This document shows, one piece after another, positions 36,191-46,223 of a stretch of 64,000 nt of DNA. The DNA comes from a virus. Its lineage: Duplodnaviria > Caudoviricetes. The notes under the pieces were generated by a model. That model worked only from the letters and a program-made list of their open reading frames with translations, made no database searches and was not told where the DNA came from. The position numbers and the translations under genes were made by a program. The stretch's first letter is position 1, and each line of letters opens with the position of its first letter. The stretch is from the IMG/VR virus record IMGVR_UViG_3300043432_000485, positions 32,001-96,000 of that record; one strand, given 5' to 3'.

Positions 36191-38391
36191 CAGTCGTCCA
36201 GCTTGTCGATGATGGTGCCGTCTTTCATGTACGCGGGCTCCATCCCCGGAGCCAGGTACTGATTGCTCAGCGTGCTGGGTTCGTGCCCGAGTTCCTCTGC
36301 AACCTCTTCCAAGGCCTCTTCGAACTCGGCCTTGAGCTTCTCTTCCTTATCCTTGGGGTCAGACGGGAGAGTGCCTTTACGCGCCTTCTTGAGGGCCTTC
36401 TGCATGAGACTGTTGGCACTTAATCCGCGCAAGTCCTTGGCTGTGATCTCAAATGGCTCAAGGTACTCATTCACCTTGGCGGCCGTTATCGTTACATCGT
36501 CATTCGAGAACAGGCAGCCATCCTTGCCATCGGCTTCTTTGTATGCCTGACGCAACGCCGATAGGATAGCAGGGGTTGACACGGTCTTCTCGTGTTTCAC
36601 TCCGGACTTCCCCACGTACTTGATGGCCGCGCTCCCGGACCCCAACGTGATGTGGCTCTTCTTCCAGCCAGTCACCCCGTAGTGGGGATCACCTGAATCG
36701 TTCTTCTCACCCTTGGCTGACTCCTCGTTGCCCACTCGTTCATGGGTCTCGTCAATCAAGGCAACCGCCAAAGCAACCATTCTAGTTTCGGGGTCCTTTG
36801 CCTTCAGGTCCGACTTGTACTTGGCACGCAGCTTGTCCACCTTGCCACTGAATTTCTCCAGACGCTCGGCCTTGTCATTGTTCCGCTTGGAGACGGCCTT
36901 GTCAGAGTAGACATAGACGGTAGTCTTCCCCTTGCCGTTGGCCTTAGGGACTTCCTTCTTCTCCGTGTACTTGGCCAGCACCACATTGGGCAGATCAGCC
37001 GGACTCAACTCCAGGTTGCCGTCCAACAGCGCATCGGCCATCGAGTCATTGTCGTCCCAGTTGAAAGCTCGGCCCTCGCTAGGCAAGTTGGCCGGCACAC
37101 CGGTGAACCGCTCCAGCACTTTGAGAGAGATGTTGAGTGCGTTTCGGTAGCGTGATAGGACTTTCTCAGCCTGGCTCGCTGTCCTGACTCCAGGAAGGAT
37201 CATCTGCAACCAGTGCAACACCAATGGGTCAACGGTGCGGGGGCCATAACCAACCAACATCCCGATTGCTTCACAGAAAGCCTCCTCAGGATTCTTACCG
37301 GCATACCCGGTGATTGGATTCTGAGGGACGGTGAACACCTTGCCAGCCGCGAGTGCCGCCTCGAACTCTTCCCTAGATTGGATGTCCCTGGAGGACCGGT
37401 CATGGTTGCGCCCCAGCAGGTCCATCTGGATCGCGAGCGTTGGATCCTTGTCCTTCAGTAGCTCTGGCATTTGAAACAGCCAAGCCCCCTTGGGCCAAAT
37501 TTCCAATGCTCGTTGAGCGTCAAAGGGTCCATAGTTACCCCTGACGGCAGTGTTCCAGAACTCCTGGTCTGAGCCACTAAGATAGACACGATACAAGTGA
37601 TGCCCCATCTCATGGGCTATCACGTGAGCCATCTCGTTTCCGTGCTTGTAATCCCCAAAGGCGGACATGATGATCTCGATATGGTCACCCTTGTAGATCC
37701 CGCCCTCATCAAGCTTACGCAGGTACGCGATCAGCTTGATCGGCAGCATAGTCTTCAGCATCAGCGGAAGCACCTGTTGAGCCCGCTTCTTGAAGATTTT
37801 CAGGCCCTCTCGGAAGCGCTCCATATACTCGGCTTGACGCTCTTGATTGGACTCATAGTCGTAACCCACCACCGTGACAGTGAACCCCTCGATAGTGACC
37901 TTCTCCTGGTCCGGTATCTTTGCAGAGAACCCAGGCTTCTTGGTCACGCGCTGGTAGTACTGCAGGCACTCATCGAAGTCCTTCCAGAATACTCGCGCTT
38001 TGCCCTTGATCCGGGTGGCCCACTTCTCACTCTTGGTACTCAGAGTGTAGAGAGCCGCTCCCTCGGACATACTGTCGTACTCACCTCCCACCGTCGGTAG
38101 AGGGAAATCCAGTTCGATGTAGAAACCCCAAGCTGACTTGCGCAGCTTCTTGTCAATGTACTGCTTGTCGCTGTCTGACAGGTCTTCACTGTACTTGAAG
38201 TCATGGTTCAAGAAGTGATCGAAGAACACCTCGTTGAAGTTGCGCTTGAACGTCTTGACTGCATCCCTAAGGAGAGCCCCGTCCTGGTAGGTCTTGACCC
38301 TCGGGACGTTCTTCATCAAGGTCAGGAAGTCCTTGCGCAGCTTCTCGATGTAGGGTGAATCGAGGGTGATCTCTTTGGCCGTCTTGTTCAC
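36190..38391 (-). CDS. Fusion: zincin-like peptidase plus DNA topoisomerase IB
   Basis: HEMGH...GYAGKNPEEAFCE, then ERVGNE, YVGKSG, TAKDLR, LGH...QY; no stop between domains; GTGA overlap at start. Confidence 0.8.
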   Translation of the reverse strand: MNKTAKEITLDSPYIEKLRKDFLTLMKNVPRVKTYQDGALLRDAVKTFKRNFNEVFFDHFLNHDFKYSEDLSDSDKQYIDKKLRKSAWGFYIELDFPLPTVGGEYDSMSEGAALYTLSTKSEKWATRIKGKARVFWKDFDECLQYYQRVTKKPGFSAKIPDQEKVTIEGFTVTVVGYDYESNQERQAEYMERFREGLKIFKKRAQQVLPLMLKTMLPIKLIAYLRKLDEGGIYKGDHIEIIMSAFGDYKHGNEMAHVIAHEMGHHLYRVYLSGSDQEFWNTAVRGNYGPFDAQRALEIWPKGAWLFQMPELLKDKDPTLAIQMDLLGRNHDRSSRDIQSREEFEAALAAGKVFTVPQNPITGYAGKNPEEAFCEAIGMLVGYGPRTVDPLVLHWLQMILPGVRTASQAEKVLSRYRNALNISLKVLERFTGVPANLPSEGRAFNWDDNDSMADALLDGNLELSPADLPNVVLAKYTEKKEVPKANGKGKTTVYVYSDKAVSKRNNDKAERLEKFSGKVDKLRAKYKSDLKAKDPETRMVALAVALIDETHERVGNEESAKGEKNDSGDPHYGVTGWKKSHITLGSGSAAIKYVGKSGVKHEKTVSTPAILSALRQAYKEADGKDGCLFSNDDVTITAAKVNEYLEPFEITAKDLRGLSANSLMQKALKKARKGTLPSDPKDKEEKLKAEFEEALEEVAEELGHEPSTLSNQYLAPGMEPAYMKDGTIIDKLDD

Positions 38392-38891
38392 TGGGTGCCA
38401 CCAATTCTGCGCAGGTCCCGCAGCGCTGCCTTCAGCGACGGCCAGCCCATGTCCTCGCACCAAACGGATCCGCTGCGGTGCAAGGATTGGAACCGCTGCG
38501 GCCCGGACCCCATGTCCTGGATCCGGCACATCCCATCCTCGCTAGCCCAGACCGTTATCCCCGCGGGATCATCGTCCTCGACAAATTGGGAGGCCTGGGC
38601 CGTGCGGTATCGGGAGGCAACCGCCGCCTTCTTCTTTCGAAGCTGCTCGGTTTCCTCATCGTAGATCTTCTTGAACTTGGCCGAATCTTCCTCATTCATA
38701 AGCCGATAAGGTAGTAGATTCCTAGTCTTAGACTTCTTCCGCCCCTTGGGGACGGGCTCTATCTCTACCTTGAGGGTCTCCCCTTCACGGCGCACGTCCG
38801 TGATGATGCCCGCCCGGTTCTTGAACCGTCCGAACCACACGAACATGCCCGGCTTCGGGTCAGGGATCTTGATCGTGGTTTCTTCGGTCAT
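38388..38891 (-). CDS. Hypothetical protein (SH3/KOW-like N-terminus, shared motif internally)
   Basis: PGMFVWFGRFKNRAGII; KAAVASRY. Confidence 0.6.
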   Translation of the reverse strand: MTEETTIKIPDPKPGMFVWFGRFKNRAGIITDVRREGETLKVEIEPVPKGRKKSKTRNLLPYRLMNEEDSAKFKKIYDEETEQLRKKKAAVASRYRTAQASQFVEDDDPAGITVWASEDGMCRIQDMGSGPQRFQSLHRSGSVWCEDMGWPSLKAALRDLRRIGGTQ

Positions 38892-38927
38892 CCTGATAGG
38901 ACCTTTGATAAGAGCACTACTCCAGAG

Positions 38928-39248
38928 TCAGAACCAGATCTCGGTGATCTCTAGGTCAGGTACACCGACTGGCACCCGGATCAACCCGTAGGGAATGACC
39001 GCCCTCGCTTCCAGCATTGAGTCCGAGCGGATCCTAGGTTCCGTGGCTGTCCGGATCTGACCCGTAGGGGACACTTGCCAGTGCCGCACCACGAAGGACA
39101 GGTACGGATTGGTTTCCCTGTGGACCACCCAGATATTGGTGGCTCCACAGGAGTCCGTTCGTACCCTCCACTCGGCTGGGATCTGGGTACCAAGAGGGCC
39201 TACGATGGCTCTCACCCATCTAGGCTTGTATGGCTGCCGCGGCGACAT
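38928..39248 (-). CDS. Hypothetical protein
   Basis: ORF from MSPRQPYK, overlapping the DHH gene stop. Confidence 0.45.
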   Translation of the reverse strand: MSPRQPYKPRWVRAIVGPLGTQIPAEWRVRTDSCGATNIWVVHRETNPYLSFVVRHWQVSPTGQIRTATEPRIRSDSMLEARAVIPYGLIRVPVGVPDLEITEIWF

Positions 39249-40278
39249 TGGACTCGTATCTTCCAAGAGCAGACGCAAACAGGGAGTAAGGATCCTGGCT
39301 TCCAGTTCTTGGGTCAAACTGTATAGCGAAGCCTGCAGCCTTAGTATGACCGCCACCGCCCAGTGACTTGCAGAAAGATGCGCAGTCGAAGTCGGTGTGG
39401 GATCTGACTGAGAATACGACTTTGGCGACTCCATCTGCCTCGATGCCCACGTAACCGAAGCCGACAACCAGGTCAGCCTCCCGCCCGAGCAACTCAGCCG
39501 CGTCACTAGCGATGGGGGAATGGCCCGAGAACAGCTTCACCCGGGTGCCACGGGGTGTGGTGAAACCGTAGGCACCCTCGACGGCGCGCTTGACCGTCTT
39601 CTGATGCTTTTCAATCAGAACCTTTCCAAGTGACTTTCGATCCTGCCACAGCTTCAAGTTGGCTTCCTTGAACGGGCGCTTGATGGCCAGCCAGGCTTCG
39701 ATTGGCATGAATCGAAGGGCCTCCACCAGCACGCTGGCATCCCCCCAAAACGGGTCCTTGGTCTGCCAGGTGTCACGCACCCCGGACAGATGCGCGAAAT
39801 GGGCTGCTTCCGCTACCTCGTAGAGTGAGTCCTGTCTCAGCTCGTCAAGGTCATCCTCTTCTGTCAAAGTCCCTGCATAGGCCAAAGCATCAAGGTCCAG
39901 TCGAACTTGATGCAGGGGCAGCCAGACCTCCCGATAGGCCAGCACCGCCCCGCACACTCCGGGATCCGTGACCTCATCACCGAACACCCCATTCTCACCG
40001 AACATCGCTACAACAGCTTTGGCCGTCTTATGATGGTCAAGCACCAGGGCGCCAGCATCAACAAACTCCTGAGCGCGCTCCGGGAGAGGAGAGAAGTCAC
40101 ACCACAGTTGGTTGGGGCCAGGGGTAAACGCCCGGTACTCTGGGGTGTTGTATTGCAGGAAGTGGATCTTCACATCCGGAAGCACATCGTGGATCAAGAT
40201 CGCTGTCGCAACCCCATCCGCACAAGAGTCATGCGTGATGACATCGGTGATAGTCAGTAGCTTGGAGATTGGAATCAT
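39220..40278 (-). CDS. DHH/DHHA1 family phosphoesterase
   Basis: CADG, CDFS, LDHH, FSVRS, GGGGHTKAAGF. Confidence 0.85.
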   Translation of the reverse strand: MIPISKLLTITDVITHDSCADGVATAILIHDVLPDVKIHFLQYNTPEYRAFTPGPNQLWCDFSPLPERAQEFVDAGALVLDHHKTAKAVVAMFGENGVFGDEVTDPGVCGAVLAYREVWLPLHQVRLDLDALAYAGTLTEEDDLDELRQDSLYEVAEAAHFAHLSGVRDTWQTKDPFWGDASVLVEALRFMPIEAWLAIKRPFKEANLKLWQDRKSLGKVLIEKHQKTVKRAVEGAYGFTTPRGTRVKLFSGHSPIASDAAELLGREADLVVGFGYVGIEADGVAKVVFSVRSHTDFDCASFCKSLGGGGHTKAAGFAIQFDPRTGSQDPYSLFASALGRYESNVAAAAIQA

Positions 40279-40302
40279 AGGTCATAGATGTACACCGATA
40301 GT

Positions 40303-40812
40303 TCAACCGAAGTCGTATACTGTCACTGAAACATCTGAGAGTTGTCGGACGATGATGGGCTCAACAGCATCCCAACTTCCCCCACCGAGACCTGTTCCGA
40401 TCCTGGGCATGAACACAGACGCTCCTAGTTGTTTGGCCAACACTGCCACCTTTCCCAAGCACTTTTCCAGAGCCCCATATCGTATGGGTGGGGTCGAATT
40501 AGGTACCGACGATTGGTGCAAAGCTTGGTTGTTTATCCCATAACCAGACTGTGCAATGCAATTCACTACATGAAGGTTAGGCGCGACTTTAATCGCTTGA
40601 ATGTTCCCAAGTTCGAACGCCTGACCCTCCCAGTACTTCTGGCGGAACCACTGTCGATAGGCTGCTTCAGGTTCAGGCCAACGCTTGGAGATTGCAAGTA
40701 CGAATCCGGCGCCCCATCCATTTTTGTCGTTTGACACGTGTACGAGCAGACCGTGTTGCTCAGGGGTTACACCAGGTCTAGTTGCGTCCCCTTTTTTGTA
40801 CGTGATTGCCAT
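40303..40812 (-). CDS. Macrodomain ADP-ribosylhydrolase (SCO6735/TARG1/DarG-like class)
   Basis: KGDAT, HVSND..GWGAGFVLAISKRWPEPEAAYR, MPRIGTGLGGGSW. Confidence 0.85.
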   Translation of the reverse strand: MAITYKKGDATRPGVTPEQHGLLVHVSNDKNGWGAGFVLAISKRWPEPEAAYRQWFRQKYWEGQAFELGNIQAIKVAPNLHVVNCIAQSGYGINNQALHQSSVPNSTPPIRYGALEKCLGKVAVLAKQLGASVFMPRIGTGLGGGSWDAVEPIIVRQLSDVSVTVYDFG

Positions 40813-41963
40813 GCTGTCACCTTCCTACACCAATCTCTGAATTCTGGTATTGTCAGGGTGCGACGCATGAGATTGATGCGCTTGGACACCCATTGAACGT
40901 TGTCTATAGTGTACCCAAGATTATTGTCGATTCGATCAAGAGAGGCGGTCGTGTTATGTCCGGAACTCGCAGACCCGAAATAAATAGGCTCCAGGGACAG
41001 AGCGCAAACTTTTCCTTGGGACTCAAAAAGTGACCAAGCATCCCCTACAGATAGTTGAAACGGTAATCTTCTCCGGGTAGCACTGTCTATATACCCAGCC
41101 CACAGAGAACCCCTAATCTCTCGGAATCCGGTGAATTGCAAGCAGCCACACGATTGAGTTGTGCCCCTTACGATCGAATCCAAGCGAGCCGTGATCACGA
41201 CCCCACAGGCGCACAATGCTTCCGCATAAAGTGCCGCATAGGGCAAAGCTTGACGAGACACAGATAGGATCTTCAAACGACTAAAAGAGGCTCCAATATA
41301 CTTAGAGTACTTTGGCTCCCTCAAGGGCTGTACTTGAATGCTGTCAAGCACTGAAGCCGTACGAAACTCCACGGGATTGGTCACTTGGGCACATAGAGAA
41401 ATAAAAGCGTCTACCGATAGCTTGTGCCTCATCAAGTTGATTGTCTTGTGCGTCCACTGCAGATTACCGATCTCGTACCCTATAGATGAATCCAACCTAT
41501 CCAGTGAGGCGGTGGTTTCCGACGGCTTCGCCACTCTGCCGAATCCGATCTGTACCCCAGACATCTTACACATACGAGATTGAGACTCATACAAATCCCA
41601 ACCATGCTCTATGGAAATATGGAATGCTAGGCCTCTTCTCTCAGCGTCACGGCGATAACCATACCACACTTTGCCCCGCAGTTCCTTGTAGCCTTGATAC
41701 CCTGCATTACGTTCACCGAGACTCTGTTCACCAGCTCGTTCACGATGATAGCAGCCACAGGATACGGTCTTTCCGTGCCGCAAGGCTGCTGTCTTGACAT
41801 CTTTGGTCGTCCCGCAATCACATCTGCACGTAGCTTTGTAGCTCCAAACTCCAGGGCGGTTACCGGGGATGTGCTTCAAAGACAATATGGTCAATCGACC
41901 GAATTTTACACCAATCAGATATTCTGGTGGCCTGGGTTTACTTCCTTGGCGGGGCATACCCAC
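40767..41963 (-). mobile_element. HNH-like homing endonuclease with tandemly duplicated domain
   Basis: Two copies of SCGC...W..Y...A.RR...F...SLDR.D...GY..GN/DN.QW.....NLMR. Confidence 0.8.
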
Positions 41964-42009
41964 CAGATACTACAAAACCTTTATTGGATCTCCCATAGTT
42001 ATACAAATG

Positions 42010-42285
42010 TCATCTGAAGCAGGGGTGATTGAGGATGAGCCAAGCCCCCTTCTCGGTCAGCAGGATATTCCCATGATGGTGCCATCCCATCCCCCCACCT
42101 CTGATAAGGCCGTGCTCGGCCAACAATTTGGCCACAGACATAGATTCCTGATCCACGTGTAAGGATAACTGTCGAGGGGGCCGGCCATCCGCTATGACCA
42201 TGTCAGCCAAGGCCCTAAACAGAGCAACTTCTGGGCCTGTCAGGTAAGTGCCATCATCTAAGGTTAGGGCCTCTGCTTCATCCAT
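42010..42285 (-). CDS. Small hypothetical protein
   Basis: ATG 7 nt after GGTGTAGA on the minus strand. Confidence 0.55.
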   Translation of the reverse strand: MDEAEALTLDDGTYLTGPEVALFRALADMVIADGRPPRQLSLHVDQESMSVAKLLAEHGLIRGGGMGWHHHGNILLTEKGAWLILNHPCFR

Positions 42286-42293
42286 GAGTACCT

Positions 42294-42689
42294 CTACACC
42301 ATCGGGAACAGGATCTCGAACCGCACGCTTGCCGCCCAGAGCTTCTCCATCATGTCGTGCGTCCCTCGATTCTGGGTTTTCGTCACCGGCCCGGTAGAGA
42401 ACCCATATGCCTTGTCAAGCTTGACTCCGGAGCTATCGGGGTGCTCGGAAGCCAGCATCTTCGCGTTGCGCATGTGACCGGCTGCCTTTCCGAACTCATC
42501 CCACTCCTCAGGGGTCACCGGATACGCTCGAATTTCAAACCCTAGGGATCTGCCCACTCGGTCTGCCGCCTTATCGGCTCCGCGAGCATTGCCGTGGATC
42601 AGAATGGTGTCCTTGGGTAACTTGGACAGGATCCGAAGAATCACCCCTTCCTGCGCCCATTCTCTAGATCCGAAAACCAAGACCTTCAT
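42294..42689 (-). CDS. SLOG family protein (DUF2493/YspA-like)
   Basis: VFGSRE, IHGNARGAD, AAGHMRNAKML, GT.DM. Confidence 0.8.
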   Translation of the reverse strand: MKVLVFGSREWAQEGVILRILSKLPKDTILIHGNARGADKAADRVGRSLGFEIRAYPVTPEEWDEFGKAAGHMRNAKMLASEHPDSSGVKLDKAYGFSTGPVTKTQNRGTHDMMEKLWAASVRFEILFPMV

Positions 42690-43141
42690 AGCTGAATGAG
42701 CTTGGCCCTGATGGCATCCAATAGTTCGTTGCGCAGAGCTTGGGTCACGATCTTGTCCCGCTCCGGTTTGGTCCTCGCATACCAGGCATTGATGGTATCC
42801 CTCGACGTGAACCCCTTCAGCTGCTCCATGAGGGTTACCTGGATCTCTTGCTCCTGAAACTGAGCCGGAGCACTCTTGAGGGTTTCAGCAATCGGGCTCG
42901 TGCTGGCCTCGGGAGCTTCCCCTAGCTTGCTGGTCAGGTCAGTGGCCCGCCGCGCCACTTCGATGGACATAGCGAGAGCCTTGATGGCATCCTCTTCTTG
43001 GGCTTTGTTGCCATTGAAGATTGCGTTGAGCACCAGCTTCGTGGACTCAAGGGCATTCATGGCGGCATCGTACTGAGCCTGGGATTTGATGCCGGGGAAG
43101 CCTCGGCGAATCACCTCGGACATGACTTGTTCTGGGGTCAT
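42686..43141 (-). CDS. Hypothetical protein
   Basis: ATGA overlaps. Confidence 0.6.
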   Translation of the reverse strand: MTPEQVMSEVIRRGFPGIKSQAQYDAAMNALESTKLVLNAIFNGNKAQEEDAIKALAMSIEVARRATDLTSKLGEAPEASTSPIAETLKSAPAQFQEQEIQVTLMEQLKGFTSRDTINAWYARTKPERDKIVTQALRNELLDAIRAKLIQL

Positions 43142-43353
43142 CTTGATCTCCGGTTCTCTAGGACGCGAGCCAAGGCCATTTCCAGCGCATGGTCACACGC
43201 GATATGGCTGGATGGATGGTCCCCCATAGGAGAACCAACACACCTGATGCAGTGGCATTGATGCCTAGCTTCTTCGATGTACCCCATCAATGCCTTGAGC
43301 CTGAGGAAAAGGGGATCGTTGGGACGCTTGGCGGTTCGGCGCTCTGGTTGCAT
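43138..43353 (-). CDS. Small Cys/His-rich hypothetical protein
   Basis: ATG directly follows the upstream in-frame TAG. Confidence 0.45.
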   Translation of the reverse strand: MQPERRTAKRPNDPLFLRLKALMGYIEEARHQCHCIRCVGSPMGDHPSSHIACDHALEMALARVLENRRSR

Positions 43354-43647
43354 CTACTGGAGCTTTCTGGTCGCCGACTGGAGCAAGCGCTTGTGAAAGA
43401 GGTCAGCCATCGCGGTGGCATTAGGTACACCGGCGGCCCGCAGATTGCGTTCGAACAGGCCACGAAGGATCTGGGACCCTTGCTGAAGGTTCTCGGCGAC
43501 ACCCAGACAAGGCTTGCAGTAGTGCACCTCGGTGGGCGGGTTGGGACCCATGAGGGCTCTCTCGGCTTCCGTTAGGGTGAAGGACCTGCCGACCGGGAAC
43601 TCCCGGCCGCACATGCAGCACTTCTTTGGTTTGGGGTCAGACTCCAT
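43354..43647 (-). CDS. Zinc-finger hypothetical protein
   Basis: CCMC...CKPC; AAGGA RBS. Confidence 0.6.
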   Translation of the reverse strand: MESDPKPKKCCMCGREFPVGRSFTLTEAERALMGPNPPTEVHYCKPCLGVAENLQQGSQILRGLFERNLRAAGVPNATAMADLFHKRLLQSATRKLQ

Positions 43648-44254
43648 GGAGGTTCCTTGTGTGCTGCTGGTCTGACTCCTCGATCGTGAGCTTTCCAGTG
43701 TCGATCTCCTCACCCATCAAGAGGGCCTCTGCTAATGGCATGAGGGAACCGAATACCCCAACTCGCTTCAAGAAGTTGCGGGCTTCCTTGGTATACTGGA
43801 CCACTGTGCTCACGTTAGGAACCATAGGGGTAGTGACTCCTAACCGGTGTGGGTGACATTCAGCTGGATCCCCAGTAGAGAACGTGACCCGGCAATGAAG
43901 GGGGCGGCCATTGTATGCGGTGCATTGGTTGGTAGTGGGATCCAACAGAGGGCAGGGGATGTTGCTCATGAGCCACACCTCAAAACTCAGCCCTGTGGTT
44001 TTGCCGCGGACTTCCTCAGCTCGCTGCCGCACTTGCTTGGACCACTGGCCGTTCTCCACCAGCCAACGATACAGGAGGATCCCCTCCGATATGGTGATCA
44101 GAAATGGGTGGTGACAACAAGCAGAGCACCCGGATTTGCACGACGTCTTTACGTTGGCCTTCTTGAGTCCAATCTCGAACTCTAGGCCAGTCTGGGTCTG
44201 CATCACTTGAGTGTCAGACAGTACCCGTTCCACCAAAATAGGTAAGCGCCTCAT
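43637..44254 (-). CDS. YkgJ family putative Fe-S/Zn-chelating protein
   Basis: CKSGCSACC, CPLL...CTAYNGRPLHCR. Confidence 0.8.
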   Translation of the reverse strand: MRRLPILVERVLSDTQVMQTQTGLEFEIGLKKANVKTSCKSGCSACCHHPFLITISEGILLYRWLVENGQWSKQVRQRAEEVRGKTTGLSFEVWLMSNIPCPLLDPTTNQCTAYNGRPLHCRVTFSTGDPAECHPHRLGVTTPMVPNVSTVVQYTKEARNFLKRVGVFGSLMPLAEALLMGEEIDTGKLTIEESDQQHTRNLHGV

Positions 44255-44781
44255 CAGTCGTCATCCTTCTCTTCCCGTAGGAGATCAAACACTGTGGGCG
44301 GCTTAGGGGGCGGAGGCGGAGCATTCAACGCTTGCTGCCTCTCATGCCGCCTTTGCTTGATGCCCAATGACGCGAAGTTCCGTGGGATCTCCACCGGGAA
44401 TCCGGACGTGCGCCCTGACCCGGACATCTCGTATGTGACCGTTAGGCGATCCCGATACCCGAACCGGAGTTCTGGGTTCAGAAGCAACACGCCCCCGATC
44501 TGAAACTCATCGAGCTTCACCCAGTCTCGGAACCTAACTAGTGGTCGGCCAGAGAATGACACTCCAGTCAGGCGAGCGCTGCGTTTAGAGGGGAGCGGAG
44601 CGGACGGCCAGTCACGCACGGGATTGCAAACCACCTGGCACAGTCCCGCGATGTCACCATCCTGGTCCATGACATCGGTGGCACCGTCTTCAGATTCCAG
44701 GAAGGAGGTGGCGACCGCTTCGTCGATCTTACGGACTATCCAAAGCTTGTCCTGCCATCGAACTAGGTCGCCTACGTCCAT
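44254..44781 (-). CDS. Hypothetical protein
   Basis: GGTGTAAA 8 nt upstream; TGATG overlap. Confidence 0.6.
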   Translation of the reverse strand: MDVGDLVRWQDKLWIVRKIDEAVATSFLESEDGATDVMDQDGDIAGLCQVVCNPVRDWPSAPLPSKRSARLTGVSFSGRPLVRFRDWVKLDEFQIGGVLLLNPELRFGYRDRLTVTYEMSGSGRTSGFPVEIPRNFASLGIKQRRHERQQALNAPPPPPKPPTVFDLLREEKDDD

Positions 44782-44834
44782 CCATTCCCTTTACACCACT
44801 ACGGGAGCGTCGGCCCCCGTAGTGGTCATTGCTC

Positions 44835-45506
44835 TCAGCTCAACTGAGAGGAAACCAACGCTGCCACATCCAGGCCTTGAGACGCGAACAAAGCGTCCGC
44901 CTGATTCTTGCCAGACTCGACTAGCAGAACCTCGGGGTCCTTGGCCGGTGCCGGGGTACCGCGCAGCCCTGCCATGATGGCGTCCGGATCGATCTTCGTT
45001 ACCTGGTACCGGCCGCGATCCACCTTCGTGAACACGAGTACGCGGACCACATCGTTGGTGTTCGGGTCACGCAGCGGCTGCCCTTGAGCGTCCCGCACCT
45101 TCACGGTCTGCTGGCTCAGCAACGTGCTGATGTAGCCCCGGACGTTGTTGCTCGTCGGGGAGTAGCCGGCCTTGTCCAAAGCCGTCTCCACTTCACCGGC
45201 GCTCATCGTGTCGTTCCCCATGACCTTGATGATCTTGTCGATCAACGTCATGTCACTCTTGGGCTTGGCGATTGCGGTCTTGGGTTCCTTGGCAGGTTTG
45301 GCAGGAGGTAGAATCGTCTCCTCGATCGGGAACAGGATGAGGAACTGCTGATACTTGCTGTTCAGCTGTTCGAACTCCTCCTTCGCGGTGGCGAGAGCGG
45401 TGGTAGCTGCGGCGAGCTGTTGCTCAGCCTTATCGAATCGGCCCTTGGCGGCAGCAACTTCAGTGGCCAGGGCTTTCTGTGCTTTTTGAAAAATCTCGTT
45501 TGACAC
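44835..45506 (-). CDS. Coiled-coil plus winged-helix-like protein
   Basis: GGAG RBS; TLIDKIIKVM..MSAGEVETAL...VRGYISTLL. Confidence 0.6.
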   Translation of the reverse strand: MSNEIFQKAQKALATEVAAAKGRFDKAEQQLAAATTALATAKEEFEQLNSKYQQFLILFPIEETILPPAKPAKEPKTAIAKPKSDMTLIDKIIKVMGNDTMSAGEVETALDKAGYSPTSNNVRGYISTLLSQQTVKVRDAQGQPLRDPNTNDVVRVLVFTKVDRGRYQVTKIDPDAIMAGLRGTPAPAKDPEVLLVESGKNQADALFASQGLDVAALVSSQLS

Positions 45507-45619
45507 GGGCAATCTCCATCTACATATGGGGAACGACAGGGGAATCATTCCCAGGACCAGTGGGTTATAGTTGCAACCCCCAGGGCGGCAACAGATCTAG
45601 AGGGACTTTCTGAGACTCT

Positions 45620-45862
45620 CTAGGGCTTGACCGGGAACTCTCGGTCAATGTCCACGTCATGAATTACACCGAGTCGACGCAAGTGTGCTTCGGCTTTCCC
45701 ATCAGCCAGCGCTCTTTTTAGCCCTTCCAGCCGGCGATCCCCGATGGTCTCCGCCCGCTGAATCGTGCGCCGCAAGAGCAGCTGCCAGTCAGCCTGCCGT
45801 TCCGGAGCCTGAATCCGATTCTGTGGTCTCTGATTGGTTGCCCCTAGCCGTCTCGATGCCAT
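45620..45862 (-). CDS. Small hypothetical protein
   Basis: ORF overlapping the end of the upstream gene. Confidence 0.45.
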   Translation of the reverse strand: MASRRLGATNQRPQNRIQAPERQADWQLLLRRTIQRAETIGDRRLEGLKRALADGKAEAHLRRLGVIHDVDIDREFPVKP

Positions 45863-46202
45863 TCGTGCTCTCCTTGAGGATCTGGTCCTGTATCTGGGAC
45901 TCCAACAAACGAATCGATTCCATGGACGCCACTGGCAGCCCGATGAAGCCGTGGATGAGACGCATGGTGACCTCGCGCTGAAGAGCCAGCTCGGCTTTCA
46001 GCGCGGAGTTCTCGATCTCCACCTGACGCAAGACCGAGATCGTGTCGTCCACCTTGGACGCCAGCTTCTCGATCTCAGCCAGATATGGCCGGAGCCGGTC
46101 CGCCACATCGGAGAACTCATGCAGGGCGGCCATCGTCTTGACGACATGGCTAGGAAGCTTCTTGTCAGAAGCCGCTTGGGCTCGTTTCATGTGTCTGTTC
46201 AT
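45789..46202 (-). CDS. Coiled-coil hypothetical protein
   Basis: MNRHMKR start; heptad pattern. Confidence 0.6.
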   Translation of the reverse strand: MNRHMKRAQAASDKKLPSHVVKTMAALHEFSDVADRLRPYLAEIEKLASKVDDTISVLRQVEIENSALKAELALQREVTMRLIHGFIGLPVASMESIRLLESQIQDQILKESTNGIETARGNQSETTESDSGSGTAG

Positions 46203-46223
46203 ATTTGATCTGGCTGTTGAGAG

